Below are positions 34,323 through 47,215 of a stretch of DNA of 64,000 nt, in pieces (within the stretch, counting starts at the first letter, position 1; the number at the start of each line of letters is the position of its first letter). The notes beneath the pieces are model-generated. The model was not told the DNA's origin. It was given only the letters and a program-made list of their open reading frames with translations, and ran no database searches. The stretch spans positions 1,116,001 to 1,180,000 of the forward strand of contig JABVCE010000009.1 in NCBI GenBank assembly GCA_014905635.1, written 5' to 3'. The translations under genes were made by a program, and so were the position numbers. The stretch is from Scenedesmus sp. PABB004. Its lineage: Eukaryota.

Positions 34323-36166
34323 ATGCGGCAGCTGCGACAGGCGCAGCGGGGGCAGGCCCCGCACCCGCGTGCGCTGCACGCGCCGGCGGCGCGCGGTGCA
34401 ACACGCGCGTCGCGCAGCCCGGCTGGCGGCCGCGTGCAGCAGCGCGGCGCCGGCGGCCTGCCGCTGCGCTGCACCGGCGGCACAGGCGCGTCGGAGGCCG
34501 TGACGCGCTCCGTGCTGGGCGCGGCGTGGACGCTCATGGCAGCCGGCGTGGCGCCGAGCGGCGTCGCCGCGTTTGCGGCAGCGAGCGAGGCGGCGAGCGT
34601 GGGCCCCGACCTGCCCTCGAGCCTGCGCGTGACCTTTGCGCCCATGAGCGGGCAGCAGGCCGAGGCGCTCAGCGACGCGCTGCTCGGCTTTGGGGCGCAG
34701 AGCGTCGTCCTGCAAGAGGCGCGCGCGCCCGGCGCGGCCGAGCAGGAGGTGTTTGGCGCCGAGAGCGGCGTGTGGGACAGCTGCGAGGTCCTCGCGCACT
34801 TTGCGCTCGAGGTGCGCCGCAGGCGGGGGGACCGGCGGCGGCGGCGGCGCGGCGTGCGCTGGAGGGCGCGCGCGCTCACGCCGCGCGCTGGCGAGCGCCG
34901 TTCGCAGGAGGACGTGCACGCGGTCGTCGCGACGGCGCGGGACATCCTGGGGCTCGCAGCGCTGCCGTTTGACGTCGAGGCGGTGGTCGACCAGGAGTGG
35001 GTGGCGCAGATCAAGGCGAGCTACGTGCCGGTGCAGGTGCGCGCGCGCACACCACGCACCGCGCGCGCTCGCGTGCGGGGCGCGCGCACGTGCGGGGCGC
35101 GGCCCGGGGTGCTGGGCGGGCCGACGAACGGCGCGCGCAGGTGTGCGAGCGCCTGTCGATCGTGCCGGACTGGTGCGAGCCGGGCGGCGCCGGCGCCGAC
35201 GCGGGCGGCGGCGCGCCGGGCGGCGGCGTGCGCGTGCGGCTGACGCCGGGCATCGCATTTGGCACGGGCGAGCACCCGACGACCAAGCTCTGCCTGCGCC
35301 ACCTCGCGGGCCTGCCTGACCTGCACGGGCAGCGCGTGGTGGACTATGGCTGCGGCAGCGGCGTGCTCGCCATCGGTGCGGCAGCATCGCCGGCGCGCCC
35401 CGCATGTGCCGGCGCGGCGGGGCGGCGGCGGCTGCGCGCCCCCGCGCAGCGCGCCCCCCAGCGCACCCCCGCCCCGCGCCGCCGCGCGCGCTCCGCCCCG
35501 CCCCGCCCCCAGCGGCGCTGCTGCTGGGCGCGGCGTCCGCGGTCGGCACCGACACTGACCCGCTCGCCGTGCGCGCGGCGGAGGCGAACGCGGTGCTCAA
35601 CGGCGTGCAGGGCCGCCTCACGGTCGTGCGCTGCGGCGCGTCGCTGCACGACCCCGACCCCCTCCTCGCCGTGCGTGCGCGCGCGATGACGCGCGCCCGC
35701 GCGGCAGCGCGCGCGCGCGCCTGCCGCCGTGCCACCTCACGCGCCCCCGCCGCGCCGCCTCGCGCGCCGCGCAGCTGCCCGCGGGCGCCGAGGGCGCGCC
35801 GGCGGACCTGGTGGTCGCAAACATTCTTCGGGGGCCGCTCCTGGAGCTCGCGCCGCGCCTCGCTGCATACGCGCGCCCGGGCGGGCGGCTGGCGCTGTCA
35901 GGCATCCTCGCGGAGCAGGTCCGGGGCCCGGGGTGGGGGGCAGGGCCGAGCTCGCCGGGGCTCGGCGCTGGCTGCGTGGGCGCGGCAGCGCTGGCTGCGC
36001 GCGCGCGGAGAGCGAGGGCTGAGTTGACTGCCGCGCTGTGCGCGCCGCGCCGTGCTGTGCGCAGGCGCCGGACATCCTCGCCGCCTACGGCGACGCGTTC
36101 GAGGGCTTTGAGGTGGCCACGGAGGGCAGCTGGGCGCTGGTCACGGCGACCCGCAAGCTCGCGTAG
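34323..36166 (+). CDS. PRMA: Ribosomal protein L11 methyltransferase PrmA-like (start uncertain)
   Basis: [47 protein letters not shown]. Confidence 0.9.
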
Positions 36167-36485
36167 GCGCGCTCGGCCCGCCGGCGCGCAGAGCTCGCGC
36201 CGGCGGGGGCGCGCGAGCGGCGGCGGGCGCTGGCAAGCACCCGTGCCACAGCCGTGCCTCCTGACAGGAGGCCCGGGCGTAGGGAGGCCGCGAGGGCTCT
36301 GAGAGACCGAGTGTTGTTTTCCGCTGCCCCGCCCTGGCCGCTACAGCCCGCGCCCGGCAGTGCCGCGCCATAGCCCTCGCCCACGCGTGCTGAGCCCGAG
36401 CGAGCTACGCCGTCGGCAGCCGAGCGCCCTGCGCGTCGACAGCACCGCGGCCTGCACCCTTGGGGCCCGCTAGCCCTCTGCGAGA

Positions 36486-37496
36486 ATGGCGGAGCTGCGG
36501 GCCTGGTTCGACGCGGTGGACCTGGACCGCAGCGGCAAGATCGACGCCCGCGAGCTGCAGCGCGCGCTGGCGCTGGGGCGCCTTGAGTTCGGCCCGGAGG
36601 CGGTGGTGAGCGCCGGGGGCTCGCCGCCGCGCCGCCACGCCGCCACGCCCCCCCCCCGCCGCCGCCCCCGGTCCCTGTGCCGGCCCTGGCCCCGCCGCCC
36701 GCGCGCCGGCGGGGTGGGCGCCGCGCCGCGCTCACCGCCGCTGCCCGCGCCGCCGCCGCGCCGCGCAGGACCAGATGGTCCGCGCGTTTGACACCGACAA
36801 CAGCCGCTCGCTGGGCTTCGAGGAGTTCCAGCGGCTCCACTTCTTTCTGGTGAACGTGCAGCAGTCCTTCCAGACGTTTGACCGCGACCGCAGCGGCCGC
36901 CTCTCGCCCGACGAGGTCCACCAGGCGCTGCAGCAGGCCGGTGAGGCCGCCGCCCCGCTGCCAGCGGCGGCGGCCTGCGGCAGCGCAGCCCCTGCCGACG
37001 ACGGCGGCCGCGCCGCCCCGCCCCGCGCCGCCCCGCCCCGCGCCGCCCCGCCCGCCGTCCCTCTCCCCCCTCCCACTCTCCCTCCCTCCCCTCCTCCAGG
37101 CTTTGCGCTGGACCAGCCGGCCATGATGGCCATGATCGGCAAGTTTGACCCCGACAGCAGCGGCAGCCTCTCCCTCGACGAGTACATCCGCACCTGCCTC
37201 TTCCTGCAGACCGCGGCGCGCACGTTTGGCGCGTTTGACCCCCAGCGCACCGGGCAGGTCCACCTCTCGTTCAACCAGTTTGTCTACGCCGCCAGCCACG
37301 TGAGACCGGCGCGGCGCAGAGCGGCGCAGCGCAGCGCGGCGCAGAGCGGCGCGCGGCAGCGCGGCGGGAGCGGCGGCGGCGGCGGCAGCGGCGGCGGGCC
37401 GGCTGATGGCGCGCGGCGCGCGTGCCCCTCCCCGCCGCACAGGTGTGCGGCTGATGCCCGCCCCTCGCGCCCCCATCGCGTGCGCAGGTCTCCTGA
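36486..37496 (+). CDS. Penta-EF-hand calcium-binding protein (ALG-2/sorcin-like); last exon tentative
   Basis: EF loops DLDRSGKIDARE, DTDNSRSLGFEE, DRDRSGRLSPDE and DPDSSGSLSLDE, plus a degenerate fifth loop FDPQRTG. Confidence 0.88.
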
Positions 37497-38003
37497 GCGC
37501 AGCAGCGGCGCCGGGGCGGCGCAGCGCGGCGGGGCGGCTCGCGGGCGCGGCGGGGTGGCCCGCGGCGCTGCGCGAGCCGCCTGCGCCGGGAGCATGGTGC
37601 AAACGGGTGGGCGGGTGGGCGTGTGTGTGTGTTGCATGTGTGTTGCTGCGACGACATGGGGTTTCTCTTATGTGAGTGGTGCAGCGATGCACCACGACAC
37701 GCGACGGCGGCGCAGGACTGCAAACAGCGGGGCAGGGGGCAACCGCCGGCTGTGACCGGGCGACGCGGGCGGCCTGCCAATGCCCCCGCACGCCGACGTG
37801 CGGCCACGTGTGCACAAACTGCAATTGGAGGGGGGCGACGGCCCGCCGTGCACCGCACCGCCGGCCAGCGGCGCGCATGCGACCGCGGCGCTCGGCCGCG
37901 CCGGCGCATCTCAGTCGCCAGCGCATCTCGGTCGTGACGGGGCAGCAGAGAGTTGCTGCGATTGCTCAGCCAGGTTGCTGAGCACGAACGACACTGCGCA
38001 CAG

Positions 38004-38008
38004 TGTAA
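38004..38008 (+). terminator. Candidate chlorophyte poly(A) signal TGTAA of the penta-EF-hand gene
   Basis: TGTAA in an AT-richer patch just before the convergent gene's stop codon; another TGTAA lies at 31988-31992 after the TPR gene. Confidence 0.45.
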
Positions 38009-38026
38009 CTTAGTGCACCCGCCGCC

Positions 38027-39352
38027 TCATCGCCGCGCCCTCGCCGCGGCGCCGCCGCCGCCGGCCTTGCGCGGCCTGGCCCTTGGCCGGCGCTGGGGCT
38101 TGGCGGGCCTGGCGTCGCGCCCCGGCAGGCGCGCCAGCGCCGCCATGTAGGGCGCGTCCTGCAGGGGCACCAGCGCGTGCGCGAGCTGGCGCTGCAGCGC
38201 CTCGGCCGCCGCGCCGTCACCGGCACCGCCGCCCAGCGCGGCGGCCGCGGCCGCGACCTCGCGCCGCGCGTCGTCCGCGAGCTGCCGCCGCGCGGCCTTG
38301 ACGACGTCCAGCGGCACCAGCGCCACGTGCACGGCGCCCGCGCCAGGTCCGCCAAAGCTGGCGGCCAGCTCGCTTGGCTGGTGCTGCGAGTCGAGGTGCG
38401 CCAGCCGCCGCGGCGCCGCGGCGCCGCCGCCCGCGGCCGCGGCCGCCGCAGCCGCGGCCTGCGCGGCGGCCGCCTGCTGCCTGCGGCCAATCTCCTCCTC
38501 CACGCGCGCCGCGTAGCGGGCGTAGCTGCGCAGGGCCGCCGCCACGCTGCCCTCCACCGCGGCCTGGCCGCCCGCGGCCGCCGCCCACGCCGCCGCGCGC
38601 GCGTCGGCCGGCGCCTGCAGCCCCGACCTCGTGCCGAGGCCCGCGCGCGGGACCAGGCCGTTGGGCTCGGCGGCGGCGCGACCGATCGCGGGCACCTGCC
38701 GCAGCGAGGGCTGCTCCACCAGCGCCGGGCGCCTGGGCGCCGGCGCCACGCAGCAGCGCGCCGCGGCGCCGCCGCTGCCGCGGTCGTCGCCGTCGTCCAG
38801 CGCCAGGGCCGCCGCCGCCCAGCGCTGCGCGCGCGCCTCTCCCGCTGCCCGCGCGTCTGCGCTGGCCGCGGGCGCCGGCGGCGGCTCGCCGCGCGCCGGC
38901 GGCGCTCGCGCCGCACCGCCGGCGGCGCCGTCGACATGCGCGCCGGGCTCCGGTGGGCCGCGCACCGAGAGCGAGGCGGCCATCGCGGCGGCGCTGTTGG
39001 CGTCGGTCGGCCGCGCGCGCGGCCGGTGGCGGGTGAACCACGCGTGCGCCGCGGCGAGGCGGGCGTGCCGCGCCGCCTCGCTGCCCTCGGCCAGCACCTG
39101 CGCGAGGACCGCGCGCATGGCCGCGTAGAAGGCGCGTTCCCGGCACGTGGACCCCGCGGCCGCGTCGTGCGCGGCCAGGGCGTCACGCATCTCCCGGTAC
39201 AGTGCCGCGTCGCCGGCGGCCGCAGGCGGCGGCAGGCGAGCGCTGGGCTCGGCGCGCGCGCCAGCTGCTGGCCGCTGCTCCGCCGCGGACGGCCGCTGCT
39301 CCGCCACGCCGCGTCTCCCGCTGGCCCCAGCTGCAGCAGTACCAGGCGCCAT
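38027..39352 (-). CDS. Hypothetical protein
   Basis: Long frame with protein-like segments (ALYREMRDALAAHD, AHAWFTRHRP, ALVPLQDAPY); no recognised domain. Confidence 0.5.
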   Translation of the reverse strand: MAPGTAAAGASGRRGVAEQRPSAAEQRPAAGARAEPSARLPPPAAAGDAALYREMRDALAAHDAAAGSTCRERAFYAAMRAVLAQVLAEGSEAARHARLAAAHAWFTRHRPRARPTDANSAAAMAASLSVRGPPEPGAHVDGAAGGAARAPPARGEPPPAPAASADARAAGEARAQRWAAAALALDDGDDRGSGGAAARCCVAPAPRRPALVEQPSLRQVPAIGRAAAEPNGLVPRAGLGTRSGLQAPADARAAAWAAAAGGQAAVEGSVAAALRSYARYAARVEEEIGRRQQAAAAQAAAAAAAAAGGGAAAPRRLAHLDSQHQPSELAASFGGPGAGAVHVALVPLDVVKAARRQLADDARREVAAAAAALGGGAGDGAAAEALQRQLAHALVPLQDAPYMAALARLPGRDARPAKPQRRPRARPRKAGGGGAAARARR

Positions 39353-40523
39353 GGCCGGGCAGGGCGCGGCAGGCAGACGTGCGCCGCGCGGCGCTGTCGC
39401 TGGCCGCCCGGGCGCGGCTGCGACGGCGAGCGCTGGGTTGCCTCCCTGAAGCTTCTGCAAACTCAGCTCGAGCGGCAACAGGGCGAGAGCGGCGCGCGTC
39501 GGGGCAGAGTCCGGGCATTCTGCTGCTGCGCGCGGGCGCGAACGGGGTTTGACGCCCCGCTGGGCCTGGCGCGCCGCGGAGGAGCTCGAGCTGCCTGAGC
39601 GGCGAAGCCAGGCGGGAGCTCATGCGCCGCGGCGGCGAGGGCGCCGCCGGCCCGGCGCACCGAGCTGCAAGCGCTGCGGCCGGCCCTGCTACAACAGCAG
39701 CCTGCAGCGCGGCGCCCAGACGTCACACAGCTACGCCACAAGTGAGTGATGCAGTGCAGATCCCCTGGATTCTTCGGCGGCGACAAGTGCGTGCAAGTGT
39801 GTGCGCGCGCACATGCGCGCGCTGCCCCCCTGCCCGCGGCGCCCACGCGCTGCCGCCCCCGCTCCTGGCAGTGGCAGTGCCCCTTCCCCCTGACCCCACG
39901 TGCACCGATGGGCGTGATGCGATCGAGGCGCCCTGCGCCGCAGACAGACGGCGTGCGGCGTGCCGCAGACGCCCAAACCCCGGCCGAGGCGCACGCCTGG
40001 CCCGCACGCTGGCAGCCTGCGCTGAGTGGGAGGGGGCGTGATGGAAGACCCCCCCCCCCCTGGCCAAAGAGCCTGACTGGAGAGCCTCACTGGGAGCCGG
40101 AGGCCATGGGTGCGCGCAGCCTCGCCGCACAGGCTGCGGCGCTCGCGCCGGCAGGCACTTGAGCGCCTGCCTCACCCCAAGCAAGTGATCAATCGGTGGT
40201 GCAATGCAGTGCCGCCACGCGTGCAGCAGTGCTCTCTGGCGCGGCCGGGCGCGCCAAGAAATGCGGCCGGGCAGGCCCAGGGTCTGTGCCAGCCTCCCAC
40301 GCCAGTGCGCCCCCCGCTGCTCTCGCTGTGTGGGGCGCAACGCAGTGTCGCCGGTCAGCGGGCCGGCCGACGGCGCGCGTGCGCCTCGCGGCGCCGCCCG
40401 CTCGAGCCCCTCCCCCTCCCCCCTCCCCTTCACCGCGTGCCGCCGCAGCCTCGGCCGCGCCGCGCGCGGCGCCAGGTCACCCGCCCCGCGCCTGCAGCGG
40501 CCCCTGCCTCCTCGCCCGCCCCC

Positions 40524-43310
40524 TCAGAAGATGGGCGTGCGGCTCCAGAGCGGCAGGCGGGGGCCGTCCAGCACGTAGTTGCGCGCGACGACGGCGGTGA
40601 CGGTGAACATGCAAAAGGTCCCGTTGGCCCGCCGCGTGACCCAGCGCGCAGGGATCCAGGGCGTCGCCGTCGTCGCGCCTGTGCCGTTTGGCATCGTGCC
40701 GTACTGCGCCGACGGCAGCGCGCCGCCCGGGTCGGTCGTGGCGTCGTCGGGCACGACGGCGTAGACGCCCCGCGTCCACGCAAAGCGCACGGGCAGCCCC
40801 GTGGCCACGTCTGCGGCGGCAGCGCGGCGCGCAGGTCCGGTCGGGGGGCTGCGCGCGCGCGCGCCGCGCGCGGCCAGCAGCGGAGCGCGCGCCGCCGCGC
40901 CCGGAGCTCCGCGCGCCGCACCCGTGACGGCGATGGTGTGAAAGCAGTAAAAGTAGGCGCGGGACGCGTCAAACACGTAGTTGGCCTTGATGGCCACGCG
41001 CATGTGCCGCAGCGGCGACGGCGACGGCGACGGCGACGGCGCCGGCGAGGGCAGCGGCGAGGGCAGCGGCGCCGTCGCGTTGCCGGGGTCGGGCGACGGC
41101 GCGGGGTCGGGCGAGGCCGCCGGCGCCGGCGACGGCGCCGGGCTGGGCGGCGGCGGCGCGGGGCCGAGCGTGGCGAGCAGGGCGCCGACGTCGAGCTGGG
41201 CGCCGGTCGTGGAGAGGCCCGCCAGCGCGGCGTTGGGCGGGCGGTCGCGAAGATTGCGTCGCGCGTGGCCGCGTAGCTCGGCCAGGCCCCGCGCGCGCGG
41301 AAGTGCGCCGACGCGTACAGCGCGACCGCGCCCGTCACGTGCGGCGTGGCCATGCTGGGCGTGCGCGGGAGAGAAGGTGTGTGGGGGGGGGGAGAAGGTG
41401 GGCGGCACGGAGCGTGCAGGGTGGGCGGGCGCACGGGGCGCGGCTTTTGCGCGCCGCGCGCAGCACCCCGCGCGCGGCCGCAGACGCGCCGCCGCCGCAC
41501 CTGGTGCCCGTGGACGCGGCGTACGCGCCGTCGGGGACCGTCGACACGACGCCCGTCCCCGGCGCCCACACGTCGACGCTGCGCGCGCCGTAGTTGGAGT
41601 ACGAGGCCCGGGTGCCGCCCGCGTCGAGCGCGCCGACGACGATCACATTAGGGTTTGCATACGCCGCGGGGTAGGTTGGCGACGCGTCGACGTCCGACCC
41701 CTGGTTGCCCGCGGCGGCGACGAAGAGAATGCCGGCGGCAGCATGCGCGTCGAGCACGTCCGACAGCGCCTGGCTGAAGCCGCCGCCGCCCCTGCGGCGC
41801 GCGGCGGGCGCGCGGTGGGCACGCGGCTCAGCGGGGCGGCAGAGCGCGGGCGCCCGCATTGACCCTGCGCGCCGCGCCGGGCCGCACCATGAGTTGCTGG
41901 TGGCCACCACGTTTATGCCGCGGGTCTTGAGGCCCAGCAGGTAGGCCATCGCGGCGATGACGTTGCTCGTCACGCCGCCGCCTGCACGGCGGTGCGGTGC
42001 GCGTGTGCAGCGCCGCGTGCGCCGGCACGGCGCGCGGGGCCTTGCTGCGGCCCGTGCCGGGGCCCGCCGCCCTAAACCCTTGACCTCTCAGCCCCCTAAA
42101 ACCCCACCCACACCCACACCCACGCACTCGAGGTCATGAACTTGCCGCTCACGAGCTTCACGCCGCCCCAGCACACGCCCGCGACGCCGAGCCCGTTGTT
42201 GCCGACCGCGCCGATCGTGCCCGCGACGTGCGTGCCTGGCGGACACATGTGCGGCGCGGCGGGTCGCGGGCCGCGCGGCGCACGCCTGTGCGCCCGCGGC
42301 GGCTGGGCCCGGCGCCCCGCGCCCCGCCGCGCCCCCGCGCATCGCGCATCATCGCGCATCGCGCCGCACCGTGACGGTCCGCGCCGTCGTACACGGTGCG
42401 GTCGCCGTTTGCAAAGTCCCAGCCCCAGGTGTCGTCGATGTAGCCGTTGCCGTCGCCGTCGACGCCGTCGACGGCCCGCTCCGCGGGGTTGATCCACACG
42501 TTTGGCGCCAGGTCGGGGTGCGTGACCTGAATGCCCTCATCAATCACGCCGACCACGGCGCCGGGGCAGGACGTCCAGCCCGCGGCCCACGCGCCGGTCG
42601 CGTTGGCGCCGCCGCCGCCGGCCGCCATTCCCCAGAGCGGCATGAACGCGTCGTTGCTCTGCGCCGGGCCGGCGGCGCCGCCGCCGCCGCGGCGCCGCGC
42701 CGCGCCGGGGAGCGGCGCCGGCGGCGGGCCAAAGGTCACGTTGGGCGGCGCCAGCAGGTAGTCAGGCTCCGCGTACTCGACCGCGCCGTGGCCGAGGATG
42801 CTCAGCGCGGCAGCCTTGAGCGCGGCGCGCTCGGGCGCGCGCGCGCTCGCGCCGGGCGGCAGCCCGCCGACTCGCGCAAGCACCACCTGCCCGCCGCCCG
42901 GCGCCGCGAGCAGGCGGCGCTGCGCGACCGCGCCGCCGCGCCCCAGCGCGGCGCCAACGGCGACGGCGCTCGTGCCGGGCCGGAACTTGACCAGCAGCTG
43001 CGCGCGCGGCAGCGGGGGGGGGGGGAGTCGGCGGGTCGGCGGTGCGCGCGTGCTCGGCGCGCGCAGCGTGCCCGCCGCGTGCGACCGCGCGCCGCCGCAC
43101 CTGGTCGCTGGCCATGCGCTTGTCGTCGGCGAACTGGGCCTCCGCGTTGATCAGCACCGGCAAGCCGCCGGGGCCCATCGCCGGCACGGGCGCCGGCGGC
43201 AGCGGCGTCGCGGCCGCGGGCGGCGGCGCGCCGGGCCGCGCTATCGCGGCCTGCGGGAGGGTCGCCCCAAGAAGAAGGAAAAGGCCCCACGGCACGCCCG
43301 CCCGCCCCAT
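40524..43310 (-). CDS. Secreted subtilisin-like S8 serine protease with Ser/Pro-rich linker and C-terminal domain
   Basis: Signal peptide; catalytic triad VGVIDEGI, HGTHVAGTIG and GTSMATPHV; oxyanion motif AAAGN; SPSPSP linker. Confidence 0.92.
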
Positions 43311-43914
43311 GGCGAAGGCCTGCGCAGCGCCGAAGCGCGGCGGTTGGCACAGCCCCGCCACGCCGTGGCTGCAGCAGAGGCCGCGTGATGTGCGGCAGGA
43401 GCGCCACGCATCATGCGAGCTGCTCTTCACACAACTGCATGCCGCGCAGCCCGCGCAGGCGGCCCCGCGCCCCGCGTCGGCGGCGCTGGCCGCAGCGGCC
43501 AACCTGGCCTCCTTGAGCTCGGCCGCGCCTCTGGGGGCCTCCGCAAGCGGCTCAGCAGTCAGCTGGCACGCTACACAGCATCGCCTGCTGCTCAGCTGCT
43601 CAGTTGCGCGCTCGGGCGGCAGGCGGTGGCGGCGGCGGTTGCGGGCCGTGCGAGCGCCGCCGCGGAGCTGTGCGACCTTGAGGGCTGGGCCGGCGATCGA
43701 GGGGAAGGCATGGGCAAGCCAGCCGTCGGGAGAGGGAGTCGGCCGGCACCGGTGTCATTCAACCATCGGTGTGTCACCGGAAACTGCGCCGCCCGCCCGG
43801 ACGCATGCACCAGGTCACGCCACCAGTTCAGTCTTGCGCGCAGGTTGAGTTCAGTGCCGCTGCACGAGCAGTCCCAGTGCGCCCCCAAGGGATTCCGGCC
43901 CCGCCCCGCCGCGC

Positions 43915-45665
43915 TCACAGCGGGCGCGCCGCGAGGTCGGCCGCGACGGCATCGAGTGCGACCAGGTACGCCGCCGCCCAGCGCCCGACGGTCAGCCGGT
44001 ACTCGGTCGCGACGTCGGGGTTGAAAAACTTGAACGTCGCCGCGCTCCAGCTGCCCGCGAGGCGCGGCAGGAACGGGTCGCCCCCGGCGGCGGGCGCGGC
44101 CGCGGCGCCGCGCGGCGGCGCCGCCGCCGAGGCCGAGGCCGTGGCCGTGGCGGCGGGGGCAGGGCCCGGGCCGGCGGCGCTCGCGAGCCGCGCGCGCGTC
44201 GGGCCCGGCTTCTGCGGGTTGCCGTAGCGGTCGGTGCAGTACGTGTCGCCGCAGAGCTTGTCGGGGTCGTCGCTGCAGGTGTCGCGCCACACGGCCATGG
44301 GCGGGCAGGTCCAGTCGAGGCCCGAGTCGGGGACATCGGCCGAGCAGAAGATCTCGGTGACGAGCACGTGCCGGAAGCCGAGGTCGGCGAGCGCGGTGTC
44401 ATCGACCGAGCCCTGGCTGCGATAGAGCATGCCGCTGCCAGGCCCGGTCGCGATGCCGCGCGGCGTCGACGCGTCGGTGAAGACCGGCTCGAGCCGGTCG
44501 AACCAGCCCTGGCACGCCTCGACCACGCCCGGCGGCAGCGTGGTCAGGTCAAAGCTGCCGCCCCAGGGGCACATGACCGCCCAGATGCCGCTGTGGATGT
44601 CGGCAAAGAAGGCCCGCCGCGCGATGCCCTTGGCATAGGTGTAGATCGACCGCGTCTCCCACTCGCTGCGGCGGCGGCCGGGCGGGGTGGCGCGCGCGGG
44701 GCGGTCAGGGGCGGCGCGGGGCGGCGCGGGGCGGCGCGGGGCGGCGCGGGGCGGCGCGCGCGGCAGCGCGGCGGCGCGGCGCGCGGCGGCGTCACCTGAG
44801 AGCGCGCGTGCCCTGGTACTCCTGGCCGGTCACGTCCAGCTCGTTCGCGCCCGACCCGGGCGCCGCGCGGTGCACGGGCCAGTTCCGGTTGAGGTCGACC
44901 TGGGGGCCGTGCTTGCGCATGTTTTTGCGCTGCGCGAAGTCGGCCGTGGTCTCGATGTACTCGCGGCCCTCCTTGTTCACGAGCGGGATGACCTCGACGG
45001 TGAGCTGGCGCGTGACGTCGAGCACCCACGCCCGCAGCGCCTCAGGCGCGACGTCGGGCCCCGCGCCCAGCCGCGCCGCGCCCGCAGGCATCGCGAGCAG
45101 TGCGGCGCGGAACTCGGGCCACGAGAGCAGCACGTCGGTGTCGAGCGCAAGCAGGCGCACGAGCCAGAAGCAAAACTCGGCGGCGATGACCTCGCGCGCG
45201 TGCTGGGCGCAGATGATGAGCGCCGTCGGCGGCGCGTCCGCGCCGCCGGCGCCCAGCGCCGTCTGGTTGGCCGACACGCGGAAGAGCGTGTGCGCCTTGT
45301 TGAAGCGCGTGTCCTTGACGCGCACCGGCCTGCGGCGGAGGGGCGGCGGCGGCGGCGATCGCCGCTGCGCCCGGGCGCCTGGGCCGGCCGCCCGGCCGCT
45401 TCGCCGGGGCCGCGCCCGGCCGGCCGCTCAAAGGCGTCACCGGCCGCTGCCGCTCCGTCGGCGGCGCCGCCGCTCACCGCACGTAGTTCCGGTCGAGCTT
45501 GCGCAGGCGGGCGATGATGTCGGCGCTGCTGTGGTACAGGGTCTTGCTGCCGTCGAGGTAGCGCTCCTGCTCAGCGGTGCCGTTCATTTGCGCTGCTGCG
45601 GTGGCGGCGGCCAGGGCGACCGCCAGCAGCAGCGCCAGCCCGCCGGCGCTGCGCCAGGGCGCCAT
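43915..45665 (-). CDS. Secreted M14 zinc carboxypeptidase-like protein
   Basis: Signal peptide; QHARE (HxxE), RKN...DLNRNW, DIHSG, TEIF. Confidence 0.85.
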
Positions 45666-46164
45666 TGTGAGCGCCCAGCCGGGCGCCCGGCGGCAAGCGG
45701 AGCGGCGAGCGCGCGCCCTGTGCGGGCCGGCAGCACAAGGCTGGTGGGCGCAGGCGTGCGGCGGGCGCGGCCGGCGGGTTCGGTCGTGAGGAACAAACAA
45801 ATGCACGGAGGCCCACGCGGGCGGGATGTGGCGGGCTGAGCGTGAAAGGCCGAGAGTGGTGGCAAGCGGCCCGGAAGGTGGTCGGCCCTCAACCCGGCGC
45901 GCCGCGCGCGGTCTGCCGCGGTGCTGTGCGCTGCCATGCTGCTCCGCGAGGCGCAGCGAGCGCAGCCGCTGCCGGCGCCGCCGCCGCCGCCGCCGCTGCC
46001 GGTGACGCCGCTGCTGCTGCGCCCCGCCCCCCGCGCCCCGCCGCGCCCAGACACGACGAGGGTTCCGGTGTTACCTCCGCCGCAGCCGCCGCGCCGTCGG
46101 CTGCGGCGCTGGGCGGGCGCAGCAGGCGCGCTGCCTGCTGAAGGGCCGCTGCCGCCGTGGCCGC

Positions 46165-47215
46165 CTAGACGCTGCCGTCGGCGACCTTCTTGCGCCACAT
46201 GATGTCCAGCGCGGAGTCGGCCTCGCCCTGCGGCGCAGGGGGGCGTGCGGGCGGCGCGCGCGGGCGTGGGCGGCCGAGCCAGACGCGACACGGCGCCACA
46301 CGGGTGCGCGCCCCGACGGCTGACGCCCCCCCCCCTGACGGCCTCAGCCCGCTCTCCAGCCCTGGCCGCCGCGCCGCTGCCTCGCGACCGGCTGCTGGGC
46401 GCCCCGGCTGCTGCTCCGCCGAGCCAGGCGACCCGGGTCGCGCCGCTGCTCCGGCGCCGCCGCTGCCTCGCCGCCGCCCGCTCCCCATCCGGCCCCGCCG
46501 CTGATGCTCGGCGCCGGCGCCGGGGCAGCAGGCAGCACGCGCGTGCTCTCTCGAGCAACTCCGCGCGACCAGGGCCGCCTGGCTCGGCGGGGCGCGGGCG
46601 CCGCTGCTGCGCCTCGCCGCCGCTGCTTCTGCCGCTGCGGCTCCTCCGCTGCACGCTGCCGCTGCACTGCCGCTGCGACCGTGACACGCCCGCCGACCCC
46701 TGTCTCACGTGCGCTGCCCTGGCTCTGCCCTGTCGCTGCCCTGCCGGCGCCGGCCGGCGCGCGGCAGCCGCAGCAGCAGCCGCCGCCGCCGCTGTCCGAC
46801 GCTGCGGCCCGGCGCGGCGCCCTCGCCCGCCGGCGCGCGCCGTGGCTCCTCACCTGGGCGCGGACCTTGCCCGCGAGCGCAAAGGTGGTGAACTGGTTCT
46901 TGTAGACGCCCTCCTCGTCGAGGTGGCCGATGTTCACCTGGACGCTCGCATGGTCCTTGGCGGTGATCAGCTTGTTCGTCCAGGCGCTGCGGATGCGGGG
47001 CGCCGGCGTGAGGGCCGGCCGCGGCCCCACGCGCGCGCCGCGGGGTGGCTGCGGCGCGCGATGCCCGCTCCCGCCCGCCAGGCGGGGCGCGCGGCCCCCG
47101 CGCCCCCCGGATCGGCTGCAGGGGCCGGCGCTGCGTTCCAGGGCGCCCCGACCGCGCGGGCTCACCACTTCCTGGGGATGTACAGGTCCACGACCTCGCC
47201 CTCGTCGTTCTTCAT
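46165..47215 (-). CDS. RPS21: 40S ribosomal protein S21 (eS21), 3 exons
   Basis: [37 protein letters not shown]...[14 protein letters not shown]. Confidence 0.97.

Noticed and set aside
39620..40260. Small spliced gene on the plus strand
   Set aside because: Splice-like sites are present, but no consistent recognisable protein could be assembled.
46230..46850. Intronic snoRNA in RPS21
   Set aside because: No convincing C/D or H/ACA boxes were seen on the sense strand.
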